Both the position numbers and the translations under genes were made by a program. From IMG/VR virus record IMGVR_UViG_3300008952_002488, positions 96,001-160,000 of that record: a stretch of DNA of 64,000 bases; one strand, 5' to 3'. The first letter of the stretch is position 1. Every line of letters starts with the position of its first letter. The notes below the pieces were generated by a model, which saw nothing but the letters and a program-made list of their open reading frames with translations, had not been told where the DNA came from and ran no database searches. Source of the DNA: a virus. Positions 16,141-25,329 of this stretch are shown here, piece after piece.

Positions 16141-16404
16141 TTATTGGAGTGGTTCTAGATCCAGTACCTCTCCTTTGGGAGACAAAATGATGAATGGCAT
16201 CTTTTTTATCTCTTTAGTAACTATGTTTTTGGTTTTGCTTTTTGTTTTCTTTTCTATCCAAACTAGAATCTGAGGTTTTTCTTTTACCTCTTTAACTTGT
16301 CCAATATAGGACCACTTGCCCTCTATCTTTTTCCAAATATCTGGAAACTCTGTAGTTTGTGACGAAAGTATCAGTAATCCTGATAATATGGTGCTGCTTA
16401 ACAT
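16141..16404 (-). CDS. hypothetical secreted protein
   Basis: Start re-called to ATG 16404 (MLSSTILSGLLILSS signal), downstream of a minus-strand ACTATTTAT motif. Confidence 0.55.
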   Translation of the reverse strand: MLSSTILSGLLILSSQTTEFPDIWKKIEGKWSYIGQVKEVKEKPQILVWIEKKTKSKTKNIVTKEIKKMPFIILSPKGEVLDLEPLQ

Positions 16405-16451
16405 GTTATTGATATTCCTTACAGCAAATCTAGTGTGTTGATTTACTACGG

Positions 16452-16479
16452 ATAAATAGTCCCCTTTCAATCTAGTTAC
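16452..16479. promoter_or_regulatory. Back-to-back TANTTA late-type promoter motifs
   Basis: ACTATTTAT on - (16452-16460) and CTAGTTAC on + (16472-16479) between divergent genes. Confidence 0.5.
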
Positions 16480-16485
16480 TTTACT

Positions 16486-17376
16486 ATGATAAAAAAATCA
16501 CCAATTTACGTCAAGTTTCTTATATTATCGTTACTTTTACTTACAAGTTGTGTCAGCGGTTGCGTAACAGTTAACAATAAACCCCAAGTTTCAGAAGAAA
16601 TATTACCACGACATGCCTTTGTTCAGATAAAGCACTCTGTTGAGGTTGAGGGGTGCGGGATTGATGCCGAAACAAAAGAGGAAAAATGTCAAAAAGCTGT
16701 TATGCAGTATGTTTCCTCTGGAGCGTATGTATTTCATAGCGAAGTTTCTCAAGGTACTTCATATGTGTTAACTGCCGGACATTCATGTGAAACTAAATTC
16801 CCAAAAACACAAATCATCGAAGGGTTTAGAATTGAAAATAAAGGATCTACATTCAAAGCAGTTGATCTAAATGGTTTTCATCATGATGCGGAAGTGATTA
16901 TGATAAACCGGCGCTTTGACTTGTGTTTGTTGCGTGCTTCGAATGTTCTTTTAAATCCTCCTACTTTAAGGATCGCAGACAAAGAACCAAAAAGGGGAGA
17001 AACAGTCACGAATATGGCTGCTCCCCACGGATTATTTTGGCCAGGAACAGTACTGGTCTTTAAGGGACAATTTTCAGGTTATCATGATAAAGGATATTCA
17101 GTTTATACCCTCCCTACAAAACCAGGCTCAAGTGGTTCACCCATTATCAACAAAGACAATGAATTGGTGGGAGTTATTTTTGCGGGCTATTCAATGATGG
17201 AGAATGTTGGACTTTCCTCTCCTTTAGTTGCTATTAAAATATTTCTCAAAAAAGCAATAGCAAAAGGCGAAATGGAACTTTGGGAAAAGAGCAATACCCC
17301 AAGAATAAATACTCAAATAGATCGCCTATGGATTCAAAAAATGGAAGCAAAGCTTGAGAAAGTTTTTGGGAACTGA
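16486..17376 (+). CDS. Trypsin-like serine protease (S1), probable lipoprotein
   Basis: Catalytic triad motifs VLTAGH, FDLCLL and PGSSGSP; LLLTSC lipobox-like signal. Confidence 0.85.
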   Translation: MIKKSPIYVKFLILSLLLLTSCVSGCVTVNNKPQVSEEILPRHAFVQIKHSVEVEGCGIDAETKEEKCQKAVMQYVSSGAYVFHSEVSQGTSYVLTAGHSCETKFPKTQIIEGFRIENKGSTFKAVDLNGFHHDAEVIMINRRFDLCLLRASNVLLNPPTLRIADKEPKRGETVTNMAAPHGLFWPGTVLVFKGQFSGYHDKGYSVYTLPTKPGSSGSPIINKDNELVGVIFAGYSMMENVGLSSPLVAIKIFLKKAIAKGEMELWEKSNTPRINTQIDRLWIQKMEAKLEKVFGN

Positions 17377-17410
17377 AGTATTTATATGGAAAACTTCGTG
17401 AGGTGTCCAA

Positions 17411-17974
17411 ATGGCATTTAGTAACAACACTAAAACTCCACAGGGTACAAATTTAAAACCTTTCTCTAAAGGAACTTCTCGGGTTGCTTTGCAACCATTT
17501 GCAACACGATATCCTGCCAGTTTTGGCAGGCACTACAATGAGATTAATAATAATTTTCACAACGGAACTCCTATGCTTATATCCGGCTCAGGCAGCACAG
17601 CAGCACCAGAGGCTTCGGCTTGTGTGCATGTCGCTGATTTAAGTGCTCTTGATGAAGTTTATTTATGGGCGTCAAACGCTGGAGAAACAGCAGCCCAAAT
17701 TACTGTATCTTTTGTATCTGGGGGGTACATGGTTGACGGTAACACGCCTGCTGATGCAGATCTTGAGTACGCTTTAAATGCTCCTTGGCGAGTTGTCACA
17801 ACAGTTAGCTCAAAGTCGGGAATGGAGCTTGTCTATCCAGGGATCCCTCACACAAACAATGATGCAATTTTTGCAGTATCGTCAAATTCGCAAATATATT
17901 TATCTGGATTTGTAATGAGAAAACACAGAGTAAGTAAGACGGATATAAATCAAGGATATGACGGTACAGACTAA
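17411..17974 (+). CDS. putative virion structural protein (DE(V/L)YLWA family)
   Basis: TANTTA motif upstream; paralogous to the next ORF (LDEVYLWASN...YPGIP...SGFVMRK). Confidence 0.55.
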   Translation: MAFSNNTKTPQGTNLKPFSKGTSRVALQPFATRYPASFGRHYNEINNNFHNGTPMLISGSGSTAAPEASACVHVADLSALDEVYLWASNAGETAAQITVSFVSGGYMVDGNTPADADLEYALNAPWRVVTTVSSKSGMELVYPGIPHTNNDAIFAVSSNSQIYLSGFVMRKHRVSKTDINQGYDGTD

Positions 17975-18519
17975 TGCCTGGATTTAACGGACGTACTCAA
18001 AAAGTTCTCGGAAATACTTTATCACCAGCAGGGAATGTTGGCAGTATTAGGGTTAGTTTGTCGCACGCTGGTTGTGGACAAGACCCTAGCGGACATGACT
18101 TTGCTTTAACAGTTACAAATTCCTCCTCTTTTTGGCCTTGTGTAGTATCCTCCGGATCTGGAACACCTCAGATTATGAGTATTCATTCTGGTTCTTTATC
18201 TGATATGGACGAGTTGTATTTATGGGCAGTAAACAATGGTAGCTCTAGTGCGGAAATATCAATATGGTTTGATGATGATAGAACATTTGCTGCTGGATTT
18301 ACCAAAAATCGTAATACGATTATTACAACACTATACCCCTCAAGCAGCGCCGTCATGATTTGGCCTGGAATTCCTGTTACATCTTTTGATGAACAAACTC
18401 CTACTGTTTTATATGCAAGTGGATCTGTACATAGCCGAATAAGTTTGCACGGGTATGTAATTCGAAGAAAGAGGATCAATCCCAATGATCGTCTTGCTGG
18501 GTTTGATGCGAGCGAATAA
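17974..18519 (+). CDS. putative virion structural protein, paralogue of 17411
   Basis: MDELYLWAVN...WPGIP...HGYVIRRK. Confidence 0.55.
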   Translation: MPGFNGRTQKVLGNTLSPAGNVGSIRVSLSHAGCGQDPSGHDFALTVTNSSSFWPCVVSSGSGTPQIMSIHSGSLSDMDELYLWAVNNGSSSAEISIWFDDDRTFAAGFTKNRNTIITTLYPSSSAVMIWPGIPVTSFDEQTPTVLYASGSVHSRISLHGYVIRRKRINPNDRLAGFDASE

Positions 18520-18521
18520 AC

Positions 18522-18869
18522 ATGGGAATTATTAACAGAAGACAAACAGGACCATTGACCGATGTGAGAACCATCTCACCTAATGTAAGTGGAAACTTTT
18601 TAACCGCTACAGGAGTAGATGACCAAATAGCCTCTATCACCCCCGCTACGGCGGGCGAGATTTTGGGCGGCGGGTCCGTTGGTTCTCTTAGTTTGCAATC
18701 TCCAAATGGAGATTATTATTCAATTGGTGTAACAAACGGGGGTATTATGACAGCAATTTCTCAAAGCTTTGCTTCGAATACTGTGGTTCTAAAAGCAGGA
18801 GATGGTACATGTTACTCGATGACGGTTTCCAATGAGGGAACTATAACCATGACTAGCAGTAGTTGTTAA
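18522..18869 (+). CDS. small fibre-associated protein
   Basis: Two LxS/A-x-N/D-G-x-x-Y-S-x-x-V-T/S-N-x-G repeats, as seen in phage fibre proteins. Confidence 0.5.
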   Translation: MGIINRRQTGPLTDVRTISPNVSGNFLTATGVDDQIASITPATAGEILGGGSVGSLSLQSPNGDYYSIGVTNGGIMTAISQSFASNTVVLKAGDGTCYSMTVSNEGTITMTSSSC

Positions 18870-18912
18870 CACTGATCCTAACTACTTATAATAACCAGCC
18901 TGGGAGATAAAA

Positions 18913-19161
18913 ATGAAATCTATTCTAAACGAGGTCACTAAAAAATTCCTTTTAAAGGAGGCATACACTTTTGATGCTTTTGCTTCCATACAGGCTTTAA
19001 GCGACATAGTGTCAAATATCAGGGTAACAAACAAAAGAGATACCAATCGTTTAAAACTTGCAAAAGAACATATTCGTGGTATAAAAAGACAAATGAAATC
19101 TTTAAATGAAAGAGTCGAGGCTCTCGAAGAAGAGTTAAATCTTTTAAAAGAGGAAAAATAA
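18913..19161 (+). CDS. small coiled-coil protein, possible head-internal protein
   Basis: GGGAG SD; ACTACTTAT upstream; several (I/L)xE motifs. Confidence 0.6.
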   Translation: MKSILNEVTKKFLLKEAYTFDAFASIQALSDIVSNIRVTNKRDTNRLKLAKEHIRGIKRQMKSLNERVEALEEELNLLKEEK

Positions 19162-21135
19162 ATGGGTGGCATTGCCGGACACATGTCCCACCTATATGAT
19201 AATCCTAATTTAACCTTCAGTAAAATGAAGGAAATAATGGCTGCTGTTGCTGAGGCTGACCTCGAAGTGGAAGAGAAAGTTGACGGGCAAAATCTTTTTC
19301 TTTCTTATTCTATACCCGAAGGCAAAGCAAAGGGCGCACGAAACAAAGGAAATCTTAGAGGGAACGGATTAGATGCCGTTCAATTGGCAACAAAGTTTGC
19401 AGGGCGGGGCAACCTTGAGAAAACATTTGTAGAAGGATTTGCTGCTTTTGAAAGAGCGGTGGAAACCTTGAGCGACGAAGAGAAATTAGCTATCTTCGGA
19501 CCAAACGCTGATATTTGGTATAACGCTGAAATTATGGACCCTGAGTCTAGAAATGTAATCAATTACGATTCTAAGACACTCAAAATACATGATAGAGGTC
19601 ATTTTAAATTTGACAAAGAGTCCGGAGAGAAAACAGACGAAGATGTGTCTGCAAATCTTGCAGCATTGGATAGTCGCCTAAGACAAATGCAAGATTCCTT
19701 ATCAGAAGATAGATTTTCTTTTGTTAGAAGTGCCATCATAAAACTAGAAAAATTAGAAGATGAAGAAGCACTCAAGAAAGCATATGCATCTCTGGGAAAT
19801 GCTATGTCTGAAGCTGATGTGTCTGATTCTGATCGGGTTGGTCAATATGTTTTTAACCGACTACGGCAAGGTATAGAGGTAAATTTTTCTGACGAGTTAA
19901 AAACAGAAGCAATAAAGTACCTTTTAAAGCTACCTGATAATATTGGTCTTAGAGAATTAAAAAAACGAATGAACCCAGAAGAGGTATCAGATTTAACAAA
20001 TATTGTTAGAAATAAGCCCATCCTATTAAAACAAGCAATTCAGCCATTAGAATTAATTGTTCACGATTTTGCAGTCGAGGTTCTCAAGGGATTAGAAAGT
20101 ATGTTCATTGTTGATACTGATGCGGAAGTGCAACGGCAACGAACCGAACTTGCAAATGCCGTCAAGGAGATAGCAGAAGCAGGACCAGAAGATCCACAAA
20201 GCATGGAAGTGATGCAAGTTCACTTAAATAAGATAAAAGATATGAGCAATTTAACAACTCCTGCCGAGGGGATTGTCTTTGATTATGACGGGCACATGTA
20301 TAAATTAACTGGTAATTTTGCCCCCTTAAATCAAATTCTTGGGTTGTTTAAATATGGCGGTAAACAAAAGAAAGTAACCGTAGAAGCTCTAGCTACCACT
20401 GGGCAGGTATTGACAAAAAAAGAAGGAAAACGAATAGCCCTAATCCCAGGGGGTTTTAAACCTCCTCATGCCGGACATTTTTTGCTTGCCAAATACTTTG
20501 CAAACAAAAATGATGTTGACGAAGTAATAGTAATTGTTTCTACCAAATCAAGACCTCCTGTAACTGTTGATATGTCCGTTAAACTATGGGATCTTTATAC
20601 CAAAGATTTTCCAAAAATTAAAGTTCAAGCAGGAACGACCCCATCGCCAGTTGGAGATGTGTATGAACTAGTAGCAGATAACTCTGTGTTTAAAGAGGGA
20701 GATGTTGCTCTTTTGGGGAAAAGCGAAAAAGACGTTGATGATACAAGATTTGATAGAGCCCAATCATATGCTGAAAGACATAACCCTGGTGTAAGTGTCG
20801 AGCCTGTAATAACTCCCCTTTTTGCAGGAGGAGTAAGCGGAACACAAATGAGAAATTTGCTATTACAAGGTGAAGAAGGAAAAAACGAATTTAAAGCAAA
20901 CCTCCCTCGTCATTTAAATGCTGAAGAGAAAGAGGCAGCATACAATATACTGACAAGCCCAAATGAAGCCATAAATAATATCATAGACTCGACTATAGAG
21001 GAAATGTCAGCTATGTCTGCTGGGTCGGCTGAAATAGGTCCTGGGGCTTGGAGCGGTCGTCCCAATCGCTATAACCCTTATAGGAAAACTAAAAAACCCA
21101 AGGTTAAAAGAGCTAAACGCCAAAGGCGGAGATAA
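19162..21135 (+). CDS. Fusion of an RNA-ligase-like covalent nucleotidyltransferase and a HIGH-family (cytidylyl/NMN adenylyl) transferase
   Basis: Motif I EEKVDG, III NAEI, IV EGIVF, V YKLTG; C-terminal PGGFKPPHAGH and VSGTQMR. Confidence 0.75.
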   Translation: MGGIAGHMSHLYDNPNLTFSKMKEIMAAVAEADLEVEEKVDGQNLFLSYSIPEGKAKGARNKGNLRGNGLDAVQLATKFAGRGNLEKTFVEGFAAFERAVETLSDEEKLAIFGPNADIWYNAEIMDPESRNVINYDSKTLKIHDRGHFKFDKESGEKTDEDVSANLAALDSRLRQMQDSLSEDRFSFVRSAIIKLEKLEDEEALKKAYASLGNAMSEADVSDSDRVGQYVFNRLRQGIEVNFSDELKTEAIKYLLKLPDNIGLRELKKRMNPEEVSDLTNIVRNKPILLKQAIQPLELIVHDFAVEVLKGLESMFIVDTDAEVQRQRTELANAVKEIAEAGPEDPQSMEVMQVHLNKIKDMSNLTTPAEGIVFDYDGHMYKLTGNFAPLNQILGLFKYGGKQKKVTVEALATTGQVLTKKEGKRIALIPGGFKPPHAGHFLLAKYFANKNDVDEVIVIVSTKSRPPVTVDMSVKLWDLYTKDFPKIKVQAGTTPSPVGDVYELVADNSVFKEGDVALLGKSEKDVDDTRFDRAQSYAERHNPGVSVEPVITPLFAGGVSGTQMRNLLLQGEEGKNEFKANLPRHLNAEEKEAAYNILTSPNEAINNIIDSTIEEMSAMSAGSAEIGPGAWSGRPNRYNPYRKTKKPKVKRAKRQRRR

Positions 21136-21145
21136 TTATAGAACC

Positions 21146-21967
21146 ATGAAAAAAATCAACAGAAATAAATTAATTGCCGAGCAGCTTATTCGTGAACATG
21201 TCAGGAAGCGGATATACAAGGCGGCATCCTCTAAAAAACTTCAGGAACAGAAACTAAGATCTGCAATAAGAAGGATTTTAGAAGCGGAAACAGGAACTAC
21301 AGAAGCCAGCGAACATACTGGAATTAATGTTTTGGCTGATTTACTCAAAAAAATAATACCAACCATTCAAGATGATTATAGTATGTTGACTACTTCTCCA
21401 GAACAAAGAGAGTCATTTAGGAATCATATAATTCATGCCATTAAAAACGCACTTAACCCCATCGAAGCGGCAGAAGTGAAAGAAGAATCAATAGTATATG
21501 AAATTGATCCAGACTTACTCTCTGAAAAGTTATCGATTGACTTGGATCCAGAGGATGATGCCTCCGAAAGTGTCGAAGGTGAATTTATCGATATCGAGGG
21601 CGGCGAGGAAGAAGAATTTGGTGCAGGACTCGATGATCAAAATGAAACAGGTAGAAATTTTGCCGCTGAGACTTTTAAATCCGTAGAAAAACAAATTGTT
21701 GACGCATATGATATGTTGGCTGACGAAAAAGATAAGAAACTATTTTATGATTATCTTTTAACCAATATGATGCTTTACTTTGATAAATTCGAGGATGAGT
21801 TAACAGCCTCGCTACCAGATGTGACAACCCCAGAATACGAAGAAGAAAAAGCTGAAGATGAGGCAGAAGAAACAGCACCAGAAGAAGAAGTAGAAGGCGA
21901 AGAAGAAGCAGAAGAAGCCGGCGCTGAAGGAGAAGCGGCCGCTGGTGAAGAAGAATTAGCAATTTAA
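21146..21967 (+). CDS. acidic hypothetical protein, possible head-internal/scaffold protein
   Basis: N-terminal LIAEQLIRE...LQE...ILEAE; very acidic C-terminus. Confidence 0.6.
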   Translation: MKKINRNKLIAEQLIREHVRKRIYKAASSKKLQEQKLRSAIRRILEAETGTTEASEHTGINVLADLLKKIIPTIQDDYSMLTTSPEQRESFRNHIIHAIKNALNPIEAAEVKEESIVYEIDPDLLSEKLSIDLDPEDDASESVEGEFIDIEGGEEEEFGAGLDDQNETGRNFAAETFKSVEKQIVDAYDMLADEKDKKLFYDYLLTNMMLYFDKFEDELTASLPDVTTPEYEEEKAEDEAEETAPEEEVEGEEEAEEAGAEGEAAAGEEELAI

Positions 21968-22058
21968 TTTTAATTTAACACTTTTAAATTTACTACTATA
22001 CTGCTCTTGTCAGCTTAAAGCTCTGAAAGCTATTGCTAGCAAATTGCCATTAAATAAC

Positions 22059-22087
22059 TTGACAACTATTGCGTATTATTGTATAGT
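22059..22087 (+). promoter_or_regulatory. sigma70 promoter for tmRNA
   Basis: TTGACA, 17-nt spacer, TATAGT. Confidence 0.8.
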
Positions 22088-22097
22088 CTGATTATAA

Positions 22098-22423
22098 GGG
22101 GGTAACCGGTATCGATTGATGGGAAAATAGAAAAGGTGCAAGGGTGAGGGAAGCGTGGCTCACTAAAAACGCTTAAAACTTTAATCGCCAATGACGATTT
22201 CGAAATGGAGATGGCAGCTTAAAAACCTGACCTCCCATGAGGCGACGGCAGCCAATAAACAGAAAGCCGTATTTGGGTGTCCTAAGTGCTTTTGATTGTT
22301 TTAGCCGCAATAAAACGATCTAGTCAAGCGGGCTGTCTGACGAAAAAAACAGACCCAACCTTGTGAATGACCCCTTCTATAGAACTAGGCAAGACGGGAG
22401 TTCGATTCTCCCTACCTCCACCA
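22098..22423 (+). ncRNA. ssrA: tmRNA; tag reading frame 22187-22222 encodes ANDDFEMEMAA
   Basis: GGGGGTA/TACCTCC acceptor with G3-U, T-arm GGGAG-TTCGATT-CTCCC, ACCA end, pk1-like region, resume codon GCC. Confidence 0.95.
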
Positions 22424-22446
22424 GCCGCCTTCGGGCGGCTTTTTTC
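22424..22446 (+). terminator. Rho-independent terminator after tmRNA
   Basis: GCCGCC-TTCG-GGCGGC-TTTTTT. Confidence 0.9.
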
Positions 22447-22494
22447 TTTCTCTCTCAGCTATTTACTTTAGAAGTGTTCCTGAAAGGAAAAAAT

Positions 22495-23802
22495 ATGACA
22501 AAGACATTGATTTTAGACACAAACGTTTATCTCACAGAGGTAAGCTCGTTATTTGCATTCGGAAAAAGTGATATTGCAATCCCAACAATTATATTGGATG
22601 AAATAGATAAACACAAACAAAGGCAAGATACGGCGGGATTTAATGCTAGAATGATGAACCGTGTTTTAGATAATCTGCGGAGAAAAGGTAGTTTATTTGA
22701 GGGAGTTTCTCTAGGAAGAGGGAAAGGGAAATTATATGCGGCACAATATGATCCCCGCTATATGCCGGCAGGAATGTCCACCCAAGATTCAGACAATAAA
22801 ATAATTGCCATAGCGATTCGTCTCAAAATGGAAGGCAAAGAAATAGCAATCGTCTCCCGTGATCTGAATATGAGAGTAAAATGTGATGCTTTTGGTTTAG
22901 AATGTCATGATTATCAACCACAAAAGGTGATTAAATCTGTAGAGAAGCTATTTGACGGATGTGAAGAGGTTCTAGTTGAAGGAGAGGTTATTGACGATTT
23001 TTACGAAGATAAAGAGATTCTTTTAGAAGAACAAAATATCAAACTGTTTCCAAATCAATATTTGATTTTAAGATCAGAAAAAGATACCAAAAAATCAGCC
23101 CTGTGTCGCTTTTTAAATTATGAAAAACCCTTGAGAAAAGTATATTCTTACCAAGATATATGGGGACTTTCAGCTAACAATAAAGAGCAGCAGTTTGCTA
23201 TGGATCTCTTATTTGATCCGTCGGTTTCTATAGTTTCGCTGACAGGACAAGCAGGAACTGGCAAAACACTCATAGCTGCTGCTTGTGGTCTAGAACAAGT
23301 CTTGAACAGTACAAGATCTTCGGGAGGTTACGACAAGTTAATAATTACTAGACCTGTACAGCCAATGGGTAGAGATATCGGTTTTTTACCAGGGACCCTG
23401 GAAGAGAAAATGATGCCATGGGTTGCCCCCATCAGGGATAATCTTGAGCATTTATTTGGGGACAGAACTGCGCTTGATCTGCACATGGATCAAGGAACCG
23501 TCGAAATTGAAGCAATGACCTATATTCGAGGTCGTTCCATCTCCAACGCTTTCATGATCGTTGACGAGGCTCAGAATTTAACACCGCATGAATTAAAGAC
23601 TATAATAACCAGGGTCGGACATGGAACTAAATTAGTGCTTACAGGCGATATTCAGCAGATAGACAATTCTTACGTTGACGCAGTATCCAATGGATTGACA
23701 TATGCAGTTGAGAAATTTAAACAATATGACATTTCTGGTCACATAACCCTTATTAAGGGAGAGAGATCTAAATTGGCAACATTGGCATCGGAGATTTTAT
23801 GA
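22495..23802 (+). CDS. phoH: PIN-PhoH (PhoH2) RNase/ATPase
   Basis: PIN ILDTNV...DEID...SDNKI...SRDLNMR; PhoH GQAGTGKT, IGFLPG, YIRGRS, DEAQN, GDIQQID; start re-called to ATG 22495. Confidence 0.92.
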   Translation: MTKTLILDTNVYLTEVSSLFAFGKSDIAIPTIILDEIDKHKQRQDTAGFNARMMNRVLDNLRRKGSLFEGVSLGRGKGKLYAAQYDPRYMPAGMSTQDSDNKIIAIAIRLKMEGKEIAIVSRDLNMRVKCDAFGLECHDYQPQKVIKSVEKLFDGCEEVLVEGEVIDDFYEDKEILLEEQNIKLFPNQYLILRSEKDTKKSALCRFLNYEKPLRKVYSYQDIWGLSANNKEQQFAMDLLFDPSVSIVSLTGQAGTGKTLIAAACGLEQVLNSTRSSGGYDKLIITRPVQPMGRDIGFLPGTLEEKMMPWVAPIRDNLEHLFGDRTALDLHMDQGTVEIEAMTYIRGRSISNAFMIVDEAQNLTPHELKTIITRVGHGTKLVLTGDIQQIDNSYVDAVSNGLTYAVEKFKQYDISGHITLIKGERSKLATLASEIL

Positions 23803-24464
23803 GAGAATACATTTTCGAAAAAACCTCCAATATGACTCATCACTTTAAATTCGGCGGGATCGATGTACACATCGATGAGCCTCTTCCTGATGATATATCC
23901 ATAGAAAGGGTATTAAAAACAGTAGAACAAAAATTACCTTCAGTTTATTATCAAGATCTCAGGGCTGTGCGTGTGGGTTCTTACAAAGAATTTGACCGCC
24001 GCCAGGTAAATGCCTTATATAAAGACCAGACCTTGTTTATTTCTAACGAACAAGATAATATGAAAGATTTGTTGGATGATATAATACACGAGATTGCCCA
24101 CCACCTTGAGACAAAGGCTGCTGAGGAAATATATGGGGATCGTTTAGTAATTCGTGAATTTATTAAAAAGAGAGAACAAATGAAATTCGAACTGAGATCC
24201 GAAGGGTACTGGACTCAGGAGTATGATTTTAGAGAACTTAAATTTAAAGAATCTTTTGATGATTTTTTATACAAAAGAGTTGGAAAAAGGATGCTCCACA
24301 TGGTTACGACTGGTTTATTTATTCGTCCGTATGCTGCCGTATCACTAAGAGAATATTTTGCGACTGGATTTGAGGCATACTACTTAGGTAAACGAGATGA
24401 ACTATTCCAGATCAGTCCCGAATTGTATAATAAAATATCTGAACTAGATAAAATAACAAGATAG
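23799..24464 (+). CDS. zincin-like metallopeptidase (HExxH)
   Basis: IIHEIAHH plus downstream REYFATGF third-ligand motif. Confidence 0.6.
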   Translation: MREYIFEKTSNMTHHFKFGGIDVHIDEPLPDDISIERVLKTVEQKLPSVYYQDLRAVRVGSYKEFDRRQVNALYKDQTLFISNEQDNMKDLLDDIIHEIAHHLETKAAEEIYGDRLVIREFIKKREQMKFELRSEGYWTQEYDFRELKFKESFDDFLYKRVGKRMLHMVTTGLFIRPYAAVSLREYFATGFEAYYLGKRDELFQISPELYNKISELDKITR

Positions 24465-24477
24465 AAAGCAGGTTACA

Positions 24478-25317
24478 TTGGCTGGCAAACATATTTCCTA
24501 CTCGGAGTGGAAGAACTGGCATATTTGCCCTCACTACCACAAACTCACCTACATTGATAAAGTAACTCAGTTCCAGGGCAACATTTTTACAGCCTTTGGT
24601 AAAGCCATTCACACTGTTTGTGAATTTACTTTGACTTCCCCCGAAAAGTACAGGGAAGCGGGCGCTATTGAGGAGTTAGTTAAAGAGCAATTCATCGCCG
24701 AACTCAACGCCCTGCCCGATGATGCCCAATTAGAAGCCAAAAGGGATTTCGCCCTCAAAGAGTGGCTGCTAAATGGCGTTCAAATCATCCCTGACCTTTA
24801 TCGCTGCCTTGCCGACAAGTTCGGTAAACTGGGTGAGGACTGGGAAGTGCTGGCAGCCGAAGAGCAACTCTACGAGCCCATCACAGAATTCACGGAAGCA
24901 GAAAAAAAGTTTAAAGGCTTTATTGACCTCGTAGTCTATTCCAAGAAGGATGAGAAAATCCACTTGATTGACTGGAAGACCTGCTCCTGGGGTTGGCGAC
25001 GTGAAAAGAAGAGCGACAAAATCCTCGCCTACCAACTCGTATTCTACAAGCATTTCTATGCCCAGAAGTACGAAGTTGACCCGAAAGACGTTGACTGCCA
25101 CTTCGTTCTATTAAAGCGAACAGCCAAGGCTGGGAAGAAAGCGGAGTTCGTGCGGGTGACGGCAGCTAAAAAAAGAACAACTGATGCACTTAACGCCTTG
25201 ACGAAAGCGTTGCATAATATTAACAAAGAGAATTATATCAAAAACCGTGCTGCTTGTACGAACTGTAAAGACCGCTTTGGAACTTGCGAGTTTTACCAGA
25301 CGGAATATTGTTCTTAG
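24478..25317 (+). CDS. PD-(D/E)XK nuclease, Cas4/AddB-like with Fe-S cysteines
   Basis: ISYS..CP, FGKAIH, EEQL, GFIDL, IDWKT, QLVFY; C-terminal CTNC...C...C. Confidence 0.85.
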   Translation: MAGKHISYSEWKNWHICPHYHKLTYIDKVTQFQGNIFTAFGKAIHTVCEFTLTSPEKYREAGAIEELVKEQFIAELNALPDDAQLEAKRDFALKEWLLNGVQIIPDLYRCLADKFGKLGEDWEVLAAEEQLYEPITEFTEAEKKFKGFIDLVVYSKKDEKIHLIDWKTCSWGWRREKKSDKILAYQLVFYKHFYAQKYEVDPKDVDCHFVLLKRTAKAGKKAEFVRVTAAKKRTTDALNALTKALHNINKENYIKNRAACTNCKDRFGTCEFYQTEYCS

Positions 25318-25329
25318 GAGGAAATTTCT

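Noticed and set aside
22363-22494. N-terminal extension of PhoH in the ORF track
   Set aside because: It overlaps the tmRNA 3' end and terminator; the PIN domain starts at ATG 22495.
24478-25317. CRISPR-Cas system suggested by the Cas4-like nuclease
   Set aside because: No repeat-spacer array or other cas genes seen; solo Cas4-like nucleases are common in phages.
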